A program made the translations under genes and the position numbers. Under the pieces are notes generated by a model that did not search any database, had not been told where the DNA came from, and was given only the letters and a program-made list of their open reading frames with translations. 54,345 bases of DNA from a bacterium (GTDB lineage Bacteria > Patescibacteriota > Microgenomatia > Daviesbacterales > UBA10151), in assembly GCA_021786105.1 (NCBI GenBank), contig JAJYNW010000003.1, positions 1 through 54,345 of the forward strand, in the 5' to 3' direction. Below are positions 47,409 through 54,345 of the stretch, piece after piece (position 1 is the first letter of the stretch; every line of letters starts with the position of its first letter).

Positions 47409-48194
47409 TTAAGTATATACCAATAACCACTCAAGAAACTTAAAAACTTCTTTTGTATCTTTCAAACGATACCTAGCAAACGATTTACTCCTTTTGCCAA
47501 CCTTTATGGTGATCTCATTTTTAAGTTTTTTAAAAACGTCCTCATCAGTTACATCGTCACCAATATAAATAACAATTGGCGCTGCTTTTGTTTTTATGTG
47601 TATTACATTAACTATCAGTTTTGCAAAAGCACCTTTGCTCCAGACAACTTTAGGCCGGATATCAAACACCATCTTTCCTGAAACAGCAGAGATTAATTCA
47701 TTTTCAATAAAGGGTTTTAACATTTCCTTAAATAGTGATTTGATTGAGGGAATTTGATCTTTTTCCGCCATTCTGTAATGAAAAGCTAATACCGATTCTT
47801 TATCTTCAACAAAAACCCCGGTAAATTGGCTAGCTATTTTATCCAGCTGCACATGGATCTTTTCTAAAGCTTTTAAGGCCCTGTTTGGAATAGGGAAGGA
47901 ATATTTTTTTCCGGAGATTTCTCCTTCCAATCCATGATTGCCACCATAGATAATATTAGGCAATCTAACCTTTTCTTTAACATCCTCAAGCTTCCTGCCG
48001 CTGATAATTGCCAGATAAAAACCGGGCTTTTGACAAAAATTCTTTAACATGCTTCTGGTTTTTATTGACAATCGGGCTTTTTCCGGAGACTTAACAATCG
48101 GGGCTAAAGTTCCGTCAAAATCCAGCAATAAAGCTTTTGTGGGGTTATTTTGCAGTTGGGTAGTTATTTTGTCTAAATTTTTCCATAAATTCAT
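47409..48194 (-). CDS. otsB: Trehalose-6-phosphate phosphatase
   Basis: LLDFDGTL, ISGR, GNHGLE, HYR, KG, GDDVTDED. Confidence 0.92.
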   Translation of the reverse strand: MNLWKNLDKITTQLQNNPTKALLLDFDGTLAPIVKSPEKARLSIKTRSMLKNFCQKPGFYLAIISGRKLEDVKEKVRLPNIIYGGNHGLEGEISGKKYSFPIPNRALKALEKIHVQLDKIASQFTGVFVEDKESVLAFHYRMAEKDQIPSIKSLFKEMLKPFIENELISAVSGKMVFDIRPKVVWSKGAFAKLIVNVIHIKTKAAPIVIYIGDDVTDEDVFKKLKNEITIKVGKRSKSFARYRLKDTKEVFKFLEWLLVYT

Positions 48195-48197
48195 CGC

Positions 48198-50432
48198 TTA
48201 TCCTAAATTCACTATAGTTTTCAATAGTTCTGCTGACCAGCGGTAGACATTATAATTTTTGATTGTTTCTCTCATGTTCCTCATTCTTTTTACCTGTTCC
48301 TTTGGTGTCATTTCCAAAGCATTTTTTATAGCACCTGCTGCCTGTTCTCCATTATACGGATTCACAATCAAAGCATCTTTAAGCTCTCTTGAGGCACCAG
48401 TATATTGACTTAAAATCAAAACTCCTTTTTCATCAAACCTTGAGGCCACATATTCTTTTGCCACCAGATTCATCCCATCGTGTAAAGATGTTACTAGACA
48501 AAAATCTGCTGTTCTATAAAATTTTTGGATTTCAGTGTGGCTATGGTGTTTTGCTAATAGCACTATTGGCTTCCAATCTTTTGCCTTAAATAAGTTATTG
48601 ATTCTTTCCACTTCCTTTTCTACTTCAAGTGCAAAATCCCGATATTTTTTAACTTTGGTCCTACTTGGGGCAGCAATTTGAATAAAAGTAAAATTATCCT
48701 GATAAGAGGGATTATTATTAAGAAAAATTTCGATCGCCTTAAATCGCTCCAGTATTCCTTTAGTATAATCCAGTCGGTCAATCCCCAACCCAATATATTT
48801 TGTTTTAATTCCTAAACTCTTTAACAATTTTTCTTTTTCATCTTTATCAATTCCATCTTTTGCTTTATCAAAACCATTGGGAAAAGAAATACTAATAGGG
48901 AAAGGCTTAATATAGGAAACATGGCCATTTTTGGTAATGGTAAAGCGCTCGAAATCTATCATCGACTCAAGCTCTCTGCCCACTGTTTCGATAAAGTTAT
49001 TACAGTGAAGCTGAGTATGAAATCCCAAAAGATCTGCTCCTAACATACCATCCAGAACTTCTTTCTTCCAAGGACATATACTAAAAGATTCTGGATTGGG
49101 CCAGGGAATATGCCAGAAAATTCCTACGACAGCCCCCGGTCTTTGCGCCTTGACCATTCTGGGAACTAAAGCCAGATGAAAATCCTGAATCAAAATAACA
49201 GGTCTATCCTGGTTTTTGATTTCGAAAAGAATTGTATCGGCAAACTTTTGATTAACTTTTTTATATTCTTCCCAATCTTCCTTTCGGAAAATCGGCCTGT
49301 TGTGGGCAATATGGCAAAGCGGCCATAATCCCTCATTGGAAAAGCCGTAATAATAACCCGCCTCTTCCTCCTCAGTTAACCAGACACGCTTTAAGGTGTA
49401 TTTTGGTTCATCCGGCGGAACTTTAATTTTGTTTTGCCGGTCAACTACCAACTTATCAGCATCTCCGCTTCCGCTGGCAATCCACATTCCGCCGCAAGCC
49501 TGCATTACCGGTTCAATAGCTGTTGCCATTCCGCTGGCTGGAAAATAAAACTCAAGCTTTCCGCCGTTTTTTGTGTGAATATAAGGTTCACGGTTAGATA
49601 CCATAAAGATCGTTCTTCCCTTTAAAATATCTTTGATGAATTCTTTTAACCTTTCCGCCGTCCAAGGGGAATCTAATTTCTCTAAACGTAACCGGGCTTC
49701 TTCGCTGGCTGAAATTCTAGCCTCCATTAAACTGCTTCTTATTTTAGCAATCTCTTTAACCAAAGGTCTAAACAAGAAAGAACTTGTTACACCTTTAAGA
49801 TTTTGTTCAGCCCTTCCCATTCTTGCTAATTTTAATGTTTCAACCAATCCCCGGATAGGCTGATAGATAATCCAGCGTATTAGCAAGAGTACAGCAAAAG
49901 ACAATAAAGATGCCTGTATGAGGAGTCTAATCAGATTATTTTTCCAGATTTCGGTTAAACGATCATCAATATATCCGGCATTTTGCACCACCATCAGAGC
50001 CCCCACCACACTTTTATCATCATGCAAAGGTACCGCCAGAAGATAAACCTTTTTATTACCAACTTTTTCAAAGTCTCCGTTTGCCTTATCCGCATCCATG
50101 GCATCAGCAACTATCTGAGCAGCGGCTGAAGTTGCTTCAGGGGTGATAAAAGAAGTCGCAATTACTTGATTTTTATTATCATAGATTCCCAAACCAGCAA
50201 ATCTTTTTTTATCAGTAAATCTCTCCACTACACTTTGTAAATATTTTTCTGATTTATTAATAAAGTTTGGTTCAACTGTTTCTTTAAGGCTTTCAACAAG
50301 CAGTGTTGAACGGTATTGTAAATCAGACTGAAGCCTTTGTTCTTCCTGTTCAACTTGATTAACTGTAAAAGCAATTACAATTAAACTAATTATAGTTACT
50401 ATCACAAAGAGCGCTACAGCAACCTGTTTCAT
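48198..50432 (-). CDS. otsA: Trehalose-6-phosphate synthase with N-terminal two-TM extracytoplasmic sensor/HAMP-like module
   Basis: VSNREP, LWPLCH, QDFH, FWHIPWP, DRLDYTKG, DGMNLVAKE; ~270-aa N-terminal TM-loop-TM extension. Confidence 0.9.
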   Translation of the reverse strand: MKQVAVALFVIVTIISLIVIAFTVNQVEQEEQRLQSDLQYRSTLLVESLKETVEPNFINKSEKYLQSVVERFTDKKRFAGLGIYDNKNQVIATSFITPEATSAAAQIVADAMDADKANGDFEKVGNKKVYLLAVPLHDDKSVVGALMVVQNAGYIDDRLTEIWKNNLIRLLIQASLLSFAVLLLIRWIIYQPIRGLVETLKLARMGRAEQNLKGVTSSFLFRPLVKEIAKIRSSLMEARISASEEARLRLEKLDSPWTAERLKEFIKDILKGRTIFMVSNREPYIHTKNGGKLEFYFPASGMATAIEPVMQACGGMWIASGSGDADKLVVDRQNKIKVPPDEPKYTLKRVWLTEEEEAGYYYGFSNEGLWPLCHIAHNRPIFRKEDWEEYKKVNQKFADTILFEIKNQDRPVILIQDFHLALVPRMVKAQRPGAVVGIFWHIPWPNPESFSICPWKKEVLDGMLGADLLGFHTQLHCNNFIETVGRELESMIDFERFTITKNGHVSYIKPFPISISFPNGFDKAKDGIDKDEKEKLLKSLGIKTKYIGLGIDRLDYTKGILERFKAIEIFLNNNPSYQDNFTFIQIAAPSRTKVKKYRDFALEVEKEVERINNLFKAKDWKPIVLLAKHHSHTEIQKFYRTADFCLVTSLHDGMNLVAKEYVASRFDEKGVLILSQYTGASRELKDALIVNPYNGEQAAGAIKNALEMTPKEQVKRMRNMRETIKNYNVYRWSAELLKTIVNLG

Positions 50433-50508
50433 TAATCTGTATATTTTACTACATTAAAACAAAAAAAAACGCCTGCAGGGGCTGCCTAAAGTTTGATAAA
50501 AAAAACTT

Positions 50509-51012
50509 TTAAATTAAGCTTTTGAGGGAATTGAGGGCATTGCTGAGCATTTCGATCAGCGCCGAAATCTCACTGTTAACTGCCTGCAGTTTTGTATCAA
50601 CTAAAGTAGCTGATTGGGTAGAAACAGGGGTGGATGAAGGAGTTGCAGACGGCGATGAGGAAGGAGAAACGGACGGAGACGGAGATGAAGACGGAATTGG
50701 AGTTGGGGTTACAGAAGGCATAGGTGTTGGAGCAGGACTTGACTTATCATCGTCATCCTTACCAATCTCTAATCTGGCAGCTTCTGAAACCTCTTCACCC
50801 CCCAGTTTTTGATGTGCCACACAAGACACGTATTGACCATGGTTTTTCCAGGCGGCGCCGGGATCGCAATCCTCTTTTTCGTCAACTTCCACTTCTTCTT
50901 GTTGTCTCGTAATCACCGGGGACAGGTCATCTTTATCAAATGGCTTTGATGCCGCTACCGGGCTGGCGCCCAAAACTAAAAGCAAAGCAAACAAGGGTAA
51001 AAGTTTTTTCAT
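50509..51012 (-). CDS. Secreted Ser/Pro/Thr-rich hypothetical protein
   Basis: Signal peptide, WKNHGQYVSC motif, PT/PS linker. Confidence 0.7.
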   Translation of the reverse strand: MKKLLPLFALLLVLGASPVAASKPFDKDDLSPVITRQQEEVEVDEKEDCDPGAAWKNHGQYVSCVAHQKLGGEEVSEAARLEIGKDDDDKSSPAPTPMPSVTPTPIPSSSPSPSVSPSSSPSATPSSTPVSTQSATLVDTKLQAVNSEISALIEMLSNALNSLKSLI

Positions 51013-51025
51013 CTCTAAAAGTTAA

Positions 51026-51051
51026 AACGAAAGACTTTCAAAAATGTTACA
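51026..51051 (-). promoter_or_regulatory. ECF sigma-type promoter
   Basis: TGTAAC-N16-CGTT upstream of the gene starting at 51012, divergent from the ECF sigma gene. Confidence 0.7.
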
Positions 51052-51098
51052 AAGTAGTTTTTCAAACGTTTAACTATATATAGTAGAATACCTACTTC

Positions 51099-51632
51099 AT
51101 GGAAAATCTCGAAGAACTGCTCACTAATTCCCAAAAGGGAGATAAGGATGCTTTCGGCAAAATATACCACTTATTTAATAAACGGATTTATCGTTACTGC
51201 TACTTCAACCTGGGAAATTCCCACCAAGCTGAAGATATTTGCCAGGAAACCTTCCTTAAAGCCTGGAAAAGCTTGTCATCAATCACTCTATCTGCGGGCG
51301 GATCACTGCAGGCCTATCTATTTAGAATTGCCCGAAACTGTATCATTGATTTATCCAGAAAGAAAAAAGAGCTACCTTTGGAACAAGCAAAAAATGTTGA
51401 GGCAAGTGATACTGCAGATGGAAATCTGGACCGCCAGGAGAAAATCCGGGAAGTCCAGCTTGCTTTATCTGCCCTTAAGGAGGAAGAAAAGCAACTAATG
51501 ATTTTGCGTTTTTTTGAAGAATTATCTTTTGCCGAAATTGCTAAAATTTTGAATACCCGCGAAGGAGCTTTAAGGGTTAAGGCTCACCGGGTGTTAAAAA
51601 AATTAAAAGATATTTTAGAGCAAAAAATATGA
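51099..51632 (+). CDS. ECF RNA polymerase sigma factor
   Basis: GDKDAF, AEDICQETFLKAW, YLFRIARN, LSFAEIA region 4. Confidence 0.92.
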   Translation: MENLEELLTNSQKGDKDAFGKIYHLFNKRIYRYCYFNLGNSHQAEDICQETFLKAWKSLSSITLSAGGSLQAYLFRIARNCIIDLSRKKKELPLEQAKNVEASDTADGNLDRQEKIREVQLALSALKEEEKQLMILRFFEELSFAEIAKILNTREGALRVKAHRVLKKLKDILEQKI

Positions 51633-52201
51633 ATGAAATAGATAAATTCAGGGAAATATATATTAGCTGTCCCCAACCGGATAATTTGGAGAGATGGGAT
51701 CAAATTGAAACCAAACTGGGAAAGCAAGACTCTTCACGCCCCTATATTCCTTCATCTTTAATCACTGCAGTGGTGGGAATTTTTCTTTTCTCTGCAACTT
51801 TAGTTGGAGTAGCTCAAGCAGCTAAACCCGGCGACCATCTCTATCCTCTGAAAATTCTGACTGATAATACAATAGCGGCTGTCGCCCGTAATCCTGAACT
51901 TAAGGTACAAAAAAGAGCTGAAGATATTATCAAAGTCAGTAGTGATTCAGGCAGACTGGAAGATGCTATTAAACATTACCAGCAAACTGTAAATGACGCT
52001 AAAAAAGAAGTTCAAGAAAAATCACAGGATCAGCAAAAACTTAAACAAACCCTCAAAGATCAGGATAAAAAGTTTACAGAGGAAGCCAAAAAAGAACCGG
52101 CATTTTCCAGCAAACTGCCGGAAATTATCAATGAAGATAAGAAAATTGAAGGAGAAATTAAGAAAGATCAGCAAAAAAAAGGTCAGTCAAAAAAAGAATA
52201 A
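51629..52201 (+). CDS. Putative anti-sigma membrane protein (DUF5667-like)
   Basis: Overlaps the sigma stop codon, single TM, AKPGDHLYPLK motif. Confidence 0.65.
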   Translation: MNEIDKFREIYISCPQPDNLERWDQIETKLGKQDSSRPYIPSSLITAVVGIFLFSATLVGVAQAAKPGDHLYPLKILTDNTIAAVARNPELKVQKRAEDIIKVSSDSGRLEDAIKHYQQTVNDAKKEVQEKSQDQQKLKQTLKDQDKKFTEEAKKEPAFSSKLPEIINEDKKIEGEIKKDQQKKGQSKKE

Positions 52202-52253
52202 TCTACTAAAACTATATACAATTAGCATTTAATCGTTTACTATTGTTTTATAA

Positions 52254-53300
52254 ATGCCTATCGATCCACAGCTTGCTAAAGCTTTAAAAAAGGCAGATTT
52301 GCGCTATATTAGCGATAACGCCGCCGGTATAACAAGAAAAAGAAATAATATATCGTTTAAATATTTTGATACTGACGGAAAAAATATCACCAGCGAGATA
52401 ATTTTAAACCGCATAGAAGATTTAGCCATTCCTCCTGCCTGGTCAAATGTCTGGATTTGCCCGTCTCCTTCCGGATATTTACAGGCTGTTGGTTTTGATG
52501 AAAAAGGAAGAAAACAATATATTTATCATCCCGAGTGGTTAAAAATTTCCCAGGAAAATAAATTCAATAAAATGGTTTTTTTCGGGGAAATTTTACCGGA
52601 AATTCGTAAAAAAGTTTCCAGAGACATGATGCTTGAAGAACTTGAACGCAACAGGATCATCGCAACTGTTGTTTGGCTTTTGGAGCATACCTTTATCAGA
52701 ATCGGCAATATTGAATATGCAGAAGAAAATAATTCTTTTGGCTTAACTACTCTTCGCAATCGACATGTTAAAGTCCGTGGGAAAAAAGTAAAATTTGAAT
52801 TTCGGGGAAAAAGCGGGGTACAACAATCAGTCAGCGTCTCTCATCCCCGGATAGCTAAATTGATTAAAGAATGCATTGAACTGCCTGGCTATGAAATATT
52901 TAAATACTTGGATGATACCGGCGAACGACACACCATCGATTCTGTTGATGTAAATAATTACTTAAAAGATTTAACCGGAGAAGATGTATCTGCTAAAGAT
53001 TTCCGGACATGGGGAGGAACTACTCTTTGCGCTACCACTCTTTGTGAGATTGGACCTTTTCAAACACCAGTTGACGGGAAAAGAAACATTGCCTATGCAG
53101 TAAAAAAAGTCTCTCAGCATCTTCATAACACTGCCTCAGTTTGCCGCAACTACTATATTCACCCAATCGTCATAAAAACTTATCAGGAAAATAAACTAAT
53201 TCCCCACTTTAAAAATATTTATATAAATTACAGCCGAGAAAAAGCGGAGATTGGCCGTAATGAATTTGCCACCCTTACCCTACTTCGCAAGTATTCTTAA
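52254..53300 (+). CDS. DNA topoisomerase IB (poxvirus-like bacterial type)
   Basis: IPPAW.NVWI, GRKQYIYH, RIGN, GKSG, KDFRTW, HNT..VCR.YYIHP catalytic Tyr. Confidence 0.92.
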   Translation: MPIDPQLAKALKKADLRYISDNAAGITRKRNNISFKYFDTDGKNITSEIILNRIEDLAIPPAWSNVWICPSPSGYLQAVGFDEKGRKQYIYHPEWLKISQENKFNKMVFFGEILPEIRKKVSRDMMLEELERNRIIATVVWLLEHTFIRIGNIEYAEENNSFGLTTLRNRHVKVRGKKVKFEFRGKSGVQQSVSVSHPRIAKLIKECIELPGYEIFKYLDDTGERHTIDSVDVNNYLKDLTGEDVSAKDFRTWGGTTLCATTLCEIGPFQTPVDGKRNIAYAVKKVSQHLHNTASVCRNYYIHPIVIKTYQENKLIPHFKNIYINYSREKAEIGRNEFATLTLLRKYS

Positions 53301-53303
53301 AAA

Positions 53304-53573
53304 TCAAAAACAAAAATTAAGCAAACATTTCGGCAGATCGCCGTCTAAATACCATTTATTTCTAAATTTAACAATTTTTATTACTTGGTCAGAATCCGTT
53401 TTGCAAATAGCATAATTTTCATTTCTAGCAATTAAACGGTTACACCCCCTGAAAATAGCATAGCTTTCAAGCGTAGAATGAGCTTTTCTTAAAACAGTCA
53501 TTTGATATATTAAGAGAACCGAAAATAGGATCGCTGCCAAAGATAATAAAACAATTATTCTTCGATTTTTCAT
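53304..53573 (-). CDS. Small membrane-anchored hypothetical protein
   Basis: N-terminal TM, 89 aa, start abuts the restored stop of the upstream gene. Confidence 0.6.
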   Translation of the reverse strand: MKNRRIIVLLSLAAILFSVLLIYQMTVLRKAHSTLESYAIFRGCNRLIARNENYAICKTDSDQVIKIVKFRNKWYLDGDLPKCLLNFCF

Positions 53574-53998
53574 TTATTTCCAAAGAGAAAACTTTTTGGT
53601 TAATTCTCTGAGTTGATTATTTTCTCCAAAGAAACAAATACCATAATACTCTAATTCTACTTCCGGTGTCTTGTTCTCTGCTTCTGCTCAACAAATGTTC
53701 CAATTGTCATTGTGCTGGGAAAATCTGTAAAAAGAATGTTAAGCTCCTGCAGCTTAGTACGGAGCATGTATATTTGATTTGAATTATCAGCAGATAGGAC
53801 AATATATGGATTATCAGAAATACTTGAGTGCTTACCGCCGTCTTTATCAATGTATGTATCAAATCTAAGCAACTCTTTATTAGGAAATAACTCGGAAAGA
53901 CCCACGGCCATATGGCCTAGTGCATTCATTAGTTTTCCAGGCTCTATTTTTTTATTCAATACTGCCACAAATCTATGAGTAGTTGATTCATTATTCAT
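53574..53998 (-). pseudogene. DUF2000-family gene with a frameshift near 53670
   Basis: NALGH, Y.DKDG..H..IS, DF motifs; continues in another frame as TPEVELEYYGICFFG...LTKKFSLWK*. Confidence 0.72.
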
Positions 53999-54053
53999 AG
54001 TGGTAGTATAACAAAAGTTCTAACGCAGCGTACATTGGGGATACCATAAAAAG

Positions 54054-54124
54054 TTGCGGGACTAGGATTCGAACCTAGATAGACACATCCAGAGTGTGCC
54101 GTACTACCATTATACGATCCCGCA
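54054..54124 (-). tRNA. tRNA-Gln(CTG)
   Basis: TGCGGGA/TCCCGCA acceptor stem, GCACA-CTCTGGA-TGTGT anticodon arm, GGTTCGAATCC; CCA not encoded. Confidence 0.95.
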
Positions 54125-54139
54125 ATACATTTTGGAATT

Positions 54140-54218
54140 ACGTTTTTGCGCAAGCAAAAAGGCAAGGTTCTGCGAGTGCGAAGTATAATATATCACAAAA
54201 CGAAGCACAAAGCAGGTT
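54140..54218. repeat. Dispersed ~80-nt structured element, copy 2
   Basis: Matches 28061-28140. Confidence 0.75.
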
Positions 54219-54337
54219 TGTAGGTGAGCTAGCGGATCATATACACCTTTCAGTTAGAATTAAGGGGTTCAGGTATATTAAAACGGCACTCAAACTTGCT
54301 GGAATTAAATCATTATCTGAGCTGAAAGGAGGAATTG

Positions 54338-54345
54338 ATGAAAAC
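54338..54345 (+). CDS. Probable start of a gene at the window edge
   Basis: AGGAGG followed by ATG at 54338. Confidence 0.4.

Noticed and set aside
50620-50740. Repetitive DNA in the secreted protein gene
   Set aside because: Explained by a Ser/Pro/Thr-rich protein linker
181-52759. Many short antisense or overlapping ORFs in the track (e.g. 181-564, 1644-1952, 6262-6693, 19328-19789, 26839-27291, 46535-46909, 51148-51498)
   Set aside because: Shadow frames of well-supported genes with no recognisable motifs
54054-54124. tRNA-Gln as integration site for the island
   Set aside because: No duplicated tRNA 3' end or integrase found in the window by eye
1-54345. CRISPR array, DGR, retron, prophage or integrase
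   Set aside because: No regularly spaced repeats, reverse transcriptase, Cas, phage structural or recombinase genes seen. The response-regulator and nrdJ-tail duplicates do not show adenine-specific differences, so they are not DGR TR/VR pairs

Overview
AT-rich bacterial chromosomal window using the standard code. Gene content and protein style suggest a Candidate Phyla Radiation (Patescibacteria, probably Microgenomates-type) organism; this is inference. The left half (1-31.2 kb) is mostly housekeeping: a histidine kinase with two receiver-only regulators, a VanX-type dipeptidase, H+-PPase, Lon (with a CIRCE box), cobO and nrdR-nrdJ separated by a RAYT/REP element and mobile-element debris, cell-wall enzymes, a CsoR-regulated copper operon, DsbA/VKOR, non-oxidative pentose phosphate genes, and an FMN-riboswitch-controlled rib operon lacking ribB. 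The right half (32.3-50.4 kb) is the most interesting part. It is a contiguous cluster whose families parallel many members of the M. tuberculosis DosR dormancy regulon (PRTase, DLH hydrolases, CapA, RtcB, HPF-like, Balon/aeRF1-like, P-type ATPase, trehalose enzymes). It carries a duplicated 49-bp structured RNA-like leader, a long structured leader before the HPF-like gene, a 28-bp CRP/FNR-like palindrome and an orphan ncRNA candidate. The window ends with an ECF sigma module, topoisomerase IB, a frameshifted DUF2000 gene and tRNA-Gln(CTG). All family calls come from motif recognition by eye; no searches were run.
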